From positions 21,082,001 to 21,146,000 of the forward strand of contig CM075989.1 in the NCBI GenBank assembly GCA_038087875.1: a stretch of DNA of 64,000 bases, written 5' to 3'. Each line of letters begins with the position of its first letter. Position 1 is the first letter of the stretch. Below the pieces are notes generated by a model that was not told where the DNA came from, made no database searches, and was given only the letters and a program-made list of their open reading frames with translations. This document shows, in pieces, positions 23,843 to 35,551 of the stretch. The DNA is from Malacoraja senta (Eukaryota). Made by a program: the position numbers and the translations under genes.

Positions 23843-24882
23843 CCGATGTCTCTACTTCCTTGGGAGGCTTAGGAAATCTGGCATGTCCCCAACAACTCTA
23901 GGGCGGCACGGTGGCGCAGCGGTAGAGTTGCCACCTTACCACGAATGCAGCGCCGGAGACCCAAGTTCGATCCCGACTACGGGTGCTGTCTGTATGGAGT
24001 TTGTACGTTCTTCCCGTGACCTGCGTGGGTTTTCTCCGAGATCTTCGGTTTCCTCCTCCACTACAAAGACGTATAGGTTTGTACGTTAATTAGCCTGGTA
24101 AATGTAAAAAGATTGTCTCTGGTGTGTGTCGGATAGTGTTAAGATGCTGGGATCACTGGTCGGCGCGGACCCGGTGGGTCAAAGAGCCTGTTTCCACGCC
24201 GTATCTCTAAACTAAACGAAACTCTCACCAACTTCTACAGATGCGCCATAGAATGCATATTATTGGGATACATCACAGCTGGATTTGGGAACAGCTCCAT
24301 CCGATGCCACAAGAAAATCCAGAGAATTGTGGATGCAGCCCAGGCCATCTCACAAACCAACCTCCCTTCCATTGACTCCATCTACACCTCACTCTGCCTC
24401 GGCAAGACCACCAGCATAATTAAGGATGAGTCGTACCCTAGCCACACCCTTCCTCTCCCCTCTCCCATCGGGCAAAAGGTATAGAGGTTTGAAAACGCAC
24501 ACCTCCAGATTCAGAAAAAGTTTCTGCCAAGCTGTTATCGGGCAACTGAACCATCCTACCAACAACTAGAGAGCGGTCCTGAGCTACTATCTACCTCATT
24601 GGTGACCCTCGGACTATCTTTGATCAGACTTTACTGGACTGTATCCTGCACTAAACTTTATTCATGTTATTTATTCCCTTTATCATGTATCTGTGCAATT
24701 GATAGTTCAATTGTAAAATTGTAATCATGTATTGTCTTTCCACTGACTGGTTAGCACGGAACAAAAGCTTTTCACTCCTTTTCAGGACGGACGATGACAG
24801 CGAAGTCAAAATTTGTAACAAGATGGACACGAAAAAAAGAAGAAGACTGTATCTTGGTACGTCTGACAATAAACTAAACTCA
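23843..24882 (+). mobile_element. Rex1/Babar-like LINE 3' fragment, split by a SINE (23900-24219, TSD AACTCT)
   Basis: LYFLGRLRKSGMSPTTL|TNFYRCAIE..ITAGFGN..KKIQRIVDAAQ..LPSIDSIY, followed by a 3' UTR ending GACAATAAACTAAAC. Confidence 0.85.
23900..24219 (+). mobile_element. HE1-like SINE, variant with a 9-nt insertion in the tRNA head
   Basis: TGGCGCAGCGG A box, GTTCGATCC B box, TSD AACTCT. Confidence 0.92.
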
Positions 24883-27880
24883 AACATATAATATCACAGA
24901 TAATATGCGGTATCTAGATACACAATAATATACAGGCATACGTCAGCTGCCACTAGCCTATTTACCCCTAACTATAAGTATCCAAGGTGGTGGACTGTAC
25001 CTCTCTCTGTCTCTCTCTCTCTCTCAATCTGATCATCAACTCCCAAGTCGCTGTGCATGGATATGGAAGCCATCTTATATTGAAGCCACACGTCCAATGT
25101 ATTAAAACAAAAGAAGCCGCCAAACTGGCCATATTTCCAGACCAAAAAAAAGTCTCAAAGTGCCGGTGTGAATAGAAAGAAGAGACACAAGGAACTGCAG
25201 ATGCTGGAATCCTGAGCAAAGCACAAAGTTACAAGTCAAGTCAAGTCAAGTTTATTCGTCACATACCACATACGAGATGTGCAGTTAAATGAAAAGTGGC
25301 AAAGCTCGCTGACTTTGTGCAAAAAAACAAACAAACAAACAAACAAACTACAAACAGAATGGAACAGAATCACATATTTTACATATTAAATATTGTGGGT
25401 GGAAGGAAAAAGGGGAAAAAAACCCAGCAATTTATTTTTTAAAAAACTCAACGGGTCAGGCAGCATCTGTGAAGGGAATGGACAGGCAATGTTTCAGGTC
25501 GGGGGACCCTTTTTCAGGCTCTTAGAAGGAAATGTACAGGTGACGTTTTGGTGTCAGGACCTTTCTTCAGACTCCAAAAGACCTCAAGCATCTCCTGTCC
25601 TTTCCCACCACCAGATGCTGCTTGACCCGATGAGTTACTCCAGCACTTGGTGTTTTGGGTGTGAATATAAAGAAGCCATCTGCTTTGATTTAAATAGTCT
25701 GCGGTCAAAATAGACAGCTGAAGACTTCTCTTAACAACGATCATGCATAAAATCAGACATCGAAGCTGGTAGGCTTTAAAGTTTTTGTGTCGAGTCATTG
25801 AAGGCACTCGGGTTACTACCAGGCAGCCAAACTATTCGTACACTGGGACCACTGAAAAACTCAAGGGAGGTGACAGGTCAACTATAAATTAAAAGTGAAA
25901 ACTATTTTAATATTTGGGAGGTAATTGTTTAAACCTAGGTTATTACCAGCTATGTAATTGAACCTTTCATCCCATTGGAGTTTTCCTACCTAATGTACTT
26001 GGAGTCCATGGAGATTTTTGCCAGTTCCACTCTGCACAATCCATATCAGTCTGTCTCTTGTACAGTAGAGTCTGCAGAGCTGAATATGCAACTCGTTTAG
26101 AAACATAGAAAGTAGGTGCCAGAGTAGGCCATTCGCACCGCCATTCAATATGATCATGGCAGATTATCCAGAATCAGTACCCCGTTCCTGCTTTCTCCCC
26201 ATATCATTTGATTCCGTTAGCCCTAAGAGCTATATCTAACTCTCTCTTGAAAACATCCAGTGAATTGGCCTCCACTCCCTGCTGTGGCAGAGAATTCCAC
26301 AGATTTATACTTCCTTTCAAGCAGAAAATATCAGTTCACCATTTCTCATCACTTTCAATTTATTAATCTAAATGTAATCTTAAACCAAAGTTAATGTAGC
26401 TATGCACATCTGGGTATTAAACTGTGGTTTCATGATATTTTCTGTTTGGAAGGAATCAGGATCTAGTGCTGTTCATTGTTAAGAGGACAAATTGCTGGAG
26501 AAACTCATCAGGTCAGTCAACATTTCCGGAGGTCAAGGATAAGTGATGTTTTGGGTCAGGACTCTTCTTCAGAGGAAGATAATTTCTTCAAAGAAGGGCG
26601 TACCACAGGGAGATTTGGGAGTGGAGCAGTAAAATGGAGAATCAAGGACCTCAGTGGGTCAGGCAGCATCCATGATGAAGGGATCTAATTTGAAACATCA
26701 TCTATTTGTATTCTCCAGAGATGCAGCCTGACCCATTGAGTTATGCAGGATTCCAGCATCTGCAGTTCCTTGTGTGTTCATTGTTAGGGTGCACTAGGTA
26801 GGATTAACACCAGAGTCTGCAGGGTTGACGCTCTGGTGGGGCAAACTCTCTAGTACTTCATCGATCCACCACTGCCAGGACTCTGGGCCTTAAAGTGAAA
26901 AAAAAAACTTTGCATATCTCTTGAGACCAAGAATCAACTTCTCAGAGAATTAGTTGTCGCAAAATGGCGCCGGAACTTGGTAACTCTCTGTGTCCTGTTC
27001 CAGAAGAGGATCTATCCTCATGCATTGTGTGAGCTTCCATTGTATAGTTTTTAGTTGTGAGTTTAGTTTATTGTCACGAGGTACAGTGAAAAGCTTTTGA
27101 TGTGCACAAACCAGTCAGCGGAAAGACTATACATGATTACAATCGAGCCACCTACAGTGTACAGATACATCTTATAGAAACATATAAAATTATAAAAGGA
27201 CTGGACAAGCTAGATGCCGGAAAAATGTTCCCAATGTTGGGCGAGTCCAGAACCAGGGGCCACAGTCTTAGAATAAAGGGGAGGCCATTTAAGACTGAGG
27301 TGAGAAAAAACGTTTTCACCCAGAGAGTTGTGGATTTGTGGAATTCCCTGCCACAGAGGGCAGTGGAGGCCAAATCACTGGATGGATTTAAGAGAGAGGT
27401 AGATAGAGCTTTAGGAGCTAGTGGAATCAAGGGATATGGGGAGAAGGCAGGCACGGGTTATTGATTGGGGATGATCAGCCATGATAACAATGAATGGCGG
27501 TGCTGGCTCGAAGGGCCGAATGGCCTCCTCCTGCACCTATTTTCTATATTTCTATATTTTCTATGATGAAGGGAATAACGTTTAGTGGACTAACTCTACT
27601 CATATCACTTATGACCTTATGACCTTTTACCATCATTGAAAAATGTAAATATTTCTTACAATATGAACACAAGTGTTTGAGAGACAGAAAGATATGGTTG
27701 GTGATTAATCTGTACAAGTCATTTGGTTATGCCACAGTTGGAATGTTGGTTTGGAGCATGTTATTATCTAAAGATATATTGGAGGCATAGAAAGGCCATA
27801 CATGAGTCATATTGGAGAATAGAGGGATATATATTTATGATTGGAGATTACTAAACTGGGATTTTAATCTGATTTATTTC

Positions 27881-28190
27881 AGGGCAGCACGGCGGCGCAG
27901 TGGTAGAGTTGCTGCCTCACAGCACCAAAGATCCAGGTTCAACCTGACTACGGGTACTGTCTGTACAGAGTTTGTACGTTCTCCCCATGACCGCGTGGGT
28001 TTTCTCCAGTTTCCCCCAACACTATGAAGGCATACATGTTTGTCGGTTAATTGTCTTTGGTTAAAAATTGTAAATTGTCCCAAGAGTGTGTGTGTAGGAT
28101 AACGTTAGTGATCTCTGGTCTGTGTGGATCTGGTGGGCCGAAGGACCCGTTTCCATAATGTATCTCTAAACTAAATTTAACCTAACCTAG
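27881..28190 (+). mobile_element. HE1-like SINE
   Basis: Colinear with the other copies. Confidence 0.88.
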
Positions 28191-28339
28191 TCCCACATGC
28201 CAACATCTGACCATTTTCTCTCTGAGCCTTTCCTATCCCTGCAAATGTCATTTTGTTATAGTTTTAGCAAAAGTAAGATTGAAATATCAGAACTATTACA
28301 AAGATTCAAATGTAGGGGACAGTACAGCAGTGCTTTAGT

Positions 28340-28556
28340 GGAACTGCAAATGCAGGTTTACACCGAAGATAGATACAAAAAGCTGGAATAACTCAGGGGG
28401 TCAGGCAACATCTCTGGAGAAAAGGAATAGGTGACGTTTGGGCTCCAGACCCTTCTTTAGATCTGAAGAAGAGCCCGACCTGAAACGTCACATATTCCTT
28501 CCCTCCAGAGATGCTGCCTGACCTGCCGAGTTACTCCAGCATTTTGTGTCTATCTT
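28340..28556. mobile_element. Penelope-derived fold-back repeat
   Basis: Inverted halves meeting at about 28460, flanked by CTTTAGT(G/A)GAACT. Confidence 0.78.
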
Positions 28557-29702
28557 TAGTAGAACTTCTGCCTCGCTGTTCCAGAGACAGAGATTCAATC
28601 TTGCCCCATGGTCCAGTCTGTGTAGATTTTGCTCATTCTTTCCAAAGGTACTCATGTTGCCACCACCTATTTCATTTAGCATAATTTGCAGTTATTGGGA
28701 ATTTATTTTTACAGCTTGGGTGGATGAAGTTAGCCCATCGTGAGAATTGCAGAAAAGCTGCTGGTTTCCTTATTAAAAGTAAGTCAAACCCAGTCATTTA
28801 TGGAAGAATTGCACTGCATGCAGTGAAAAATTATGACCATTTAATCTCTAAAATCTGTCATAGTTGGACCCGGCCACAAATGTGTGTTCACTGTCACCTA
28901 CAATGATAGTTTAATTTTATCAAAATCAATTCTAGTACAGAACTGAAATGATTTCAATTGATTTTTCTTTTGACCTCTTGCGACATTGAAGTCAATCCAT
29001 TTTAAATGAAACTGATTTGAATCAGTTTCATTGTATGTACACTTCTTTATGTTTGAAATCTTCTACTTTTTCTTCCCATTTTCCACCAACCTTGCACAGC
29101 GAATTCTGGTTGAATGGTGGGCAGATTTACAAGTGGAGCCATGAATCGGAGAACTGTGATCTAATGTTGAAATATTGACAATTCCCCTCGTTCAATGCCA
29201 CAACTGATGATCCAAGGGAGATAAGAAAACCACTCGTGTTTGGAATCCTTCACTGGTACATTGTACGTCATGCCATGAAAGCTAAGGGCGGTGAATCTAT
29301 GGAATTCATTGCCACAGAAGACTGCGGGGGCTAAGACAGTGGATATTTTTAAGGCAGAGATAGATAGATTCTTGATTAGTACAGATGTCAGAGGTTATGG
29401 GGAGAAGGCAGGAGAATGGGGTTAGGAGGGAGAGATAGATCAGACATGATTAAATGGCGGAGTGGACTTGATGGGCTGAATGGCCTATCACTTATGAACT
29501 TTATGAACCCAAAAGCAGAATGTCCCTTTGTACATCTCCAGAAGGTCTGGGCTGCAATGCCTAAGCTAACCTAATGATTGAATGGCGGAGTAGACTTGAT
29601 GGGCCGAATGGCCTAATTCTGCTATAATCACTGATGATCTTATGCGCCTTGGGCCACAGTTGCTGTATATTGTGAAACACAGAACTAGTAGCCTTGGATA
29701 TA

Positions 29703-30038
29703 CAGGTCCACCGCCGATTTTCTGGCAACTGATGGTCCGTCACCTCCTTTAATCCAGACACCTCTACTTTCTCCCCGGGAGTCCCCCCCGAAAAATGTGG
29801 TGACTAATCCGGGTGAGGTGGCCGATCTCGACCTCATCGGGACTTCCGCGACCAATCGACAGGTCGCATTTTCCCCCTGAGGCCAGGACCCTGGAACTCT
29901 GGCCTGGCTGGAGCCGGCAGATCCGTTCCCATAGCAGATTTCCGTGGCCGACTTGGCTGGCCGGTATCACAGAACCCACCCCCCACCAAGGACGTGATCT
30001 CTGATGGTCCGGCAAAAAGGATAATCCAGAAAAGCTCT
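29703..30038 (+). mobile_element. pogo/Tigger-like DNA transposon left-end remnant
   Basis: TA|CAGGTCCACCGCCGATTTTCTGGCA start, internal direct repeat CTGATGGTCCG (about 29729 and 30001), GC-rich body. No right TIR seen. Confidence 0.45.
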
Positions 30039-30362
30039 GGGCCTGTACTGGCTGGAGTTTAGAAAGATGAGGGGGTAAACTCATTGAAACTTATTGAATA
30101 GTGAAAGGCCTGGATAGAGTGGATGTGGAGAGGATGTTTCCACTAGTGGTAGAGTCCAGGACCAGAGGCCACAGCCTCAGAATGAAAGGACATACCTTTA
30201 CAAAGGAGATGTGAAGAACTAGAGTGTGGGGGGGATCACGGGTCGGCATGGACTCGGTGGGCTGAAGGGCCTGTTTCCATGCAGTATCTCTAAACTAAAC
30301 TAAACTAAACTAATTGTATGTAAAACAAAGCATTTCACTGTACCTCGGTATATGTGACAATC

Positions 30363-30482
<120 letters not shown>

Positions 30483-30570
30483 CATCATTGATCATTCCAG
30501 GCTAATTTTATCTGAATGTATTTGGTTTAGTCATTACAGAAGCAAGAAATCCAAACACAACTAATATTTG

Positions 30571-30701
30571 GCAGTCTGAAGAAGGGTGTCGACCCAAAAC
30601 GTCACCCATGCCTTCTCTCCAGAGATGCTGCCTGTCCCGCTGGGTTACTCCAGCATTTTGTGTCTATCTTCAATGTAAACCAGCATCTGCAGTTCCTTCC
30701 T
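30571..30701 (+). mobile_element. Solo Penelope terminal repeat
   Basis: Starts at the CTGAAGA core. Direct repeat ACACAACTAATRTTTG at 30555-70 / 30702-17. Confidence 0.8.
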
Positions 30702-31002
30702 ACACAACTAATGTTTGATTATATTTCACATAATGGCTGGAGGTTTGTCAGAAAATACTTGACATTTGATTGCTTGAATGTTCCATGGTCCTTATCTAGC
30801 CATCTGCGGCTTCACACTGATATCTAAAGCAATCTCCCAGCAAAATGATGTTAACTGCTGGAGAGGAGATTGCACTGATGGGTCTATAGAATAAGGATAG
30901 ATAAAGTGTTGCTCCATATATTTATAAATGAGCTAGATATAAATCTGCCACAGATATAATACTCCACTCAGCCCGATAACAACGCTTGCACACTTTATCT
31001 CT

Positions 31003-31135
31003 GTTTTCTTTACCGTCCCAGCCAATATTTAATGCTCAATCAATGTCAGTCGATAGATTAACTGTCCATTGTGGGAGCTTGCTGTGGAGATTTGGCTGCT
31101 ATGTGCCTTTCCGGTGACCACACTTCAAAGCTATT
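31003..31135 (+). mobile_element. Old Deu-domain SINE fragment (SacSINE1/AmnSINE1-like)
   Basis: GCCAATATTTA..CTCAA.CAA...AGATTA.CTG.CCATT...GTGGGAGCTTGCTGTG...TTGGCTGC...GTGAC.ACACTTCAAA, in the order I recall for the Deu domain. Confidence 0.7.
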
Positions 31136-31782
31136 CCGTTAACCGTATGGTGCCGAGAGGCTCGAAAAAGGACCACGTAATCTCAGGCCTATCTTTTCCT
31201 TTATTTTTCTGACACTATCACTGCGAAACCACATGAAAACAGACTTTGGAACTACAATTAAACGTCCCACCTTCTGTTGCTTGCATTTGCATGTGAGGTA
31301 AGTGGCAAATTTATTTAACAATTTGCAAGAATAAAGTTAACTGCGGAATCGCGTCTTCAATATTTATTGACACGGAGGAAATGAAAGACGTCTTATTTCG
31401 GTGCAAGAAAATGTGACTGTATTTAATTTTGGTAAATGTCAGGAGTTAGGGTCGTATTTTGTGTCGTGAATTCTTCCTTCAAATGTTGATAGACTTCCGA
31501 TATAGTTTCTGCATTCCTCACAGATTTTGAACATTCACAGTTGTTCTTTTTTACCACAACTTGTACCGTTTCTTTTTTCTGTTACACAAAGCCTTTTATT
31601 TTGTAGCACTATTTGCTCTAAGCGGATGCCATTAGGCATGTTTGTCAGACATCCTGATTAGTGAGGAAGCCCATTACCAAATTACAGACCACTTATGAGA
31701 GTTTTCAGATCACTCATTTTTCAAATTTGATCCTGTTGAAGGAGAACTTCATTGCCAAAAGACGAGAAGTTGGGTTGCGAAT

Positions 31783-32082
31783 TTTAGTTTAGAGATACAG
31801 CGTGGAAACAGGCCCTTCGTCCCACCGAGCCCACACCGACTTGCAATCCCCGCACATCAACGCTATCCTACACACACTAGGGACAATTTTTCCATTTACA
31901 CCAAGCCAATTAACCTACGTCTTTGGAGAGTGGGAGGAAACGGAAGATCTCGGAGAAAACCCACGCAGGTCACGGGGAGAACGTACAAACTCAATGCAGA
32001 CAAGCACCCATAGTCGGGATCGAACCTGGGTCTCCGGCACTGCAAGCGCTGTAAGGCAGCAACTCTACCACTGCGCCGCCAC
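31783..32082 (-). mobile_element. HE1-like SINE, 9-nt insertion variant
   Basis: Colinear with the other copies. Confidence 0.9.
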
Positions 32083-32956
32083 GCCGGAGAACAATTTTAC
32101 TTGAACTTACATGATTGCTGTACTAGTGAAATCAAGTTACACAACCATTTAAGAAAATTGAAGAACTTCTGTTTTTCAATTTTGATTTAAAAAAATCTTT
32201 GATAAACCTTTCCCTGACAGTTTTTCCCCCTAAATAATGTTTGTACAGCTCATTTCTACTTGTGTTTAATTTGGCGGTTTATATTAACCTTATTAAAATA
32301 ATGGGTATAAGTCTATGCGACACAGCTCGCTGGCAATGTTAGATGAGGCTCAGTGAACAGAGCTGCCAATATAAAGTGTCGATTCCATTTCTAAGTAGAC
32401 CCATACATTTGGAAAATGGCCATGCACGGGAGATCGGCTCTGTAGGCTGGCATTTGCGATGAATGGATTAACTCCATGGGGCTTCCTTTAAAAAGAGAGA
32501 GACAAGCAGGGTGTTATAATCGGGTGTGAGAGGCACATTGTTGTGGCATGTGTGCCTTCTCTTGTAATCCCATACCACACTTCCAAATATCAGCAACAGC
32601 AATACAAATGCATTGAATGGCGAGAGTGCAAATACCTTCAAAAGGGACAAAGGGAAAGTGGGTGGCAGTATAAAATGGAAGGAAAAAGTCATCCCCGCTC
32701 CACTTAGGTGTATTTTTCCATATTGATGGATTTCTGAAAGTAATTTCTTTGCCTATTGTCTTGGACACAGTTGTACTTTGAACTCCAAATTCTCCTGTGG
32801 AACTCTCTGATGGTTTGCTAATACGCCATGCCCATGATAGCTTACAATAGCCGTTGTATGTTTTATTCATTCACGTCAAGGTCTGTTTGTTCTTGCCAAG
32901 TGTACATTGCTCCTAAAGGCTCCATTTATTGCCCAGCCTGAATGAGGCAGTCAAGA

Positions 32957-33200
32957 CGTGTAGGAAGGAACTGCAGATGCACCAAAGATATACACCAAAG
33001 ATATACACAGAAAGTTAGAGTAACTCAGTGGGTCAGGCAGCATCTCTGGGGGGAAAAAAAGGAATAGGTGACTTTTCGGGTGGAGGCCCTTCTTCAGACT
33101 TCTGAGGAAGGGTCTCGATCCAAAACATCACCTATTCCTTTTCTTCCCCCAGAGACGCTGGCTGACCTGCTGAGTTACTCCAGCTTTTTGCGTCTATCAT
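32957..33200. mobile_element. Penelope-derived fold-back repeat (similar copies near 16830-17010, 20730-20945, 26480-26770, 36405-36540, 38685-38900, 54590-54805, 57335-57850, 59838-60005)
   Basis: Same AGGAACTGCAGATGCTGG / GAGTAACTCAGCGGG / GGTGACGTTTCGGGTC modules in inverted arrangement. Confidence 0.78.
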
Positions 33201-33507
33201 CTGAATGAATCAATGTAGGGGATGATCTGCCTTCTTGAACCTGTGGAGATATTCCCTAGTGCTGTGGGAAGGAAGATTCAATGAACCTGAAGACAAAGAC
33301 ATAGAGATAAAATTCCTAGATGGTGGTATAGGGCGGCACAGTGGTGTGGTGGTACAGTTGCTGCCTTAGAGCGCCAGAGACCCAGGTTCGATCCTGACCT
33401 CAGGTGCTGTCTGTACATAGTTTGTATGTTCTCCCTGTGACCGTGTGGGTTTTTTCCGGGTGTTCCAGTCTTCTCCAAAGATGTACAGGTTTGAAGGTTA
33501 ATTGGCT

Positions 33508-33840
33508 CTGACCCCTCTCACAAACTCTTTGAAACACTTCCCTCTGGAAGGCGACTCCGGACTGTCAAAGCTGCCACAGCCAGACATAAAAACAGTTTTT
33601 ATCCACGAGTAGTTGCTCTAAACAGCCAAAAATCTGTAGCCTCCCTTTGATCTGGTATTTTGTTGGTTCACATGCTTGATCAATGGTGTTTTATCATTAA
33701 TGTTTTATTATTATTATTAATGTTTAGTGTTTTCTGAGTCATTCGTAACTGTCACTGTATGTCATGTTGTTACTTGTGGGTGGAGCACCAAGGCAAATTC
33801 CTTGTATGTGAATACTTGGCAAATAAACTTACTTACTTAC
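33508..33840 (+). mobile_element. Rex1-like LINE 3' end (second family) inserted in a SINE
   Basis: PSHKLFETLPSGRRLRTVKAATARHKNSFYP, followed by AATAAAC(TTAC)n. Confidence 0.8.
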
Positions 33841-34467
33841 TTCTTTGAAATTGTAAATTGTCCTTGGTGTGTAGGATAGGTCTGGTGTATGGGGTGATTG
33901 CTGGTGGGCGCGGACTCGGTGGACAGCAGGGCCTGTTTCCACACTGTATCTCTAAACTAAACTAAATGGTATGAAAGGGAGCTTCCAGATGGCAGCTTTT
34001 CCAGTGGAGCTGTGCTCAGCTCGGCCCCACCTTATCTTGGTTCAATGTGTCTGAGGGGAACTTGGGAACTTCCAATTACTTGGTTGTAAATATTGTTCTC
34101 GCTAATTCCAACCCTCCTCGATCACCCAGAGTTCGGAGTTAGCGCCAATAAATAAACAAACATCATAATCAAATAGAAACTATATTCACAAAAGACAAAT
34201 AGTTACCAACAGATCATTTGTATTTTGCAACTGTTGAAGCAAAATTACTACATGCTAAACAACTTGGGGAAAATGTAAGAAAATTACCTTTGAAATTCTG
34301 ACTTTTGTTTTGTTCCAATAATAATTCGTGTCCCTCAAAATATGAAGAGATGCCAAGACATTACAGAAATTAAGCAGTTTGTTTAGTTTAGAGATACAAC
34401 GCGGAAGCAGGCTCTTCGACCCACTGATTCCGCGCCGACCAGCGATCCCCACACACTAATACTAGTC

Positions 34468-35050
34468 TTGGTTCTTGGTTCTTGGTTTCTTGGTCCTCCA
34501 AAATATTCCAAATGGAATTTAAACTGGAGGTGGTGGAGGGAGGGCTTAAGCCAGAAAGGGTTTTTGGGAAGAAAGAGCTACCTTAAATTTAGTTGCATCT
34601 GGTTGGGTAACTATGGTAGGGTGAAGATTATTCCATGCTTTAATTGTGCGGGGGAAGAATGAATTGCTGTACACATCTGTCTTGGTAGCTGGAATCTCAA
34701 ATTGGATCGAATGTCCTCGTCTGCTCCTAATTGGTTTGGGTTTGGTGTAGGTCTTGTAATCTATGTTGAGCTGACCATTTAACATTTTGTAAAAACAGGT
34801 CAAATGGTGAGCTTCACGTCTGTCTTGGAGAGGGTTCCACCCCAGAGAATTCAGAAGTTTGGTAACACTCGCTTCTCTCTCATAGGTGTTAGTAACAAAT
34901 CGAGCTGCCTGTCTTTGGACACGTTCGATGGAAGAAATGTTTTTATTTGTGTATGGGTCCCATGCTGCAACTGCGTAGTCCAAATGAGGTCTAACGAGGG
35001 TGAAGTATTAGCTTCTCCTTGACAGAAGTTGAACAATGATGAAAGTTGCG
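34468..35050 (-). mobile_element. Divergent CR1/L2-group LINE 3' fragment inserted in a SINE
   Basis: Encodes ...LVRPHLDYAVAAWDPY..IERVQRQAARFV...NSFFPRTIKAWNNL, with an (AACCAAG)n tail unlike the dominant CR1 tails. Confidence 0.85.
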
Positions 35051-35325
35051 CCTCACACTCTAGGGACAGTTTACAATTTTTACCAAGCCAATTAGCCTGT
35101 ATGTCTTTGGAGTGTGGGAGAAAACCGGAGTACCCGGGGAATACCCACGCAGGTCACGGGGAGAACGTACAAACTCCGTACAGACAGCGCCCGTAGTCAG
35201 GATCGAACCCGGGTCTCTGGTGCTGTCAGGCAGCAACTCTACCGCTGTGCCACCGTGCTGCTCCTTTGTTTGTAACTATTGTGATTAACCTGATCATTTC
35301 TATTATGCCCACTTCTCGTTCCTTA

Positions 35326-35551
35326 TGGGCCTATCCCGCTTAGGCGACTTTTTGGGCGACTACAGGCGACTGGCGCAAAATTTTCAACATGTTGAAAATT
35401 CTTCGGCGACATTGGCGACAATTTTTGCTGTCGTAGGTTGTCGTAGGTTGACGTAGGTGTTGTCGTAGGTTGTCGCCAGGTGTTGTAGGTGAATTCAATT
35501 AAAACCAGTTCCTGGCAGTCGCCTAAAGTGTCGCCTAAGTGGGACAGATCC
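35326..35551. mobile_element. PIF/Harbinger-type MITE, family C (short)
   Basis: TIRs GGGCCTATCCCGCTTAGGCGAC / GTCGCCTAAGTGGGACAG, TTA on both flanks, repeated GGCGAC/GTCGTAGG motifs. Confidence 0.8.

Larger units (their letters stand above)
33330..35260. mobile_element. Two HE1-like SINEs (+ 33330-33966; - 34377-35260), each split by a LINE fragment
   Basis: The SINE halves rejoin across the inserts. Confidence 0.85.
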
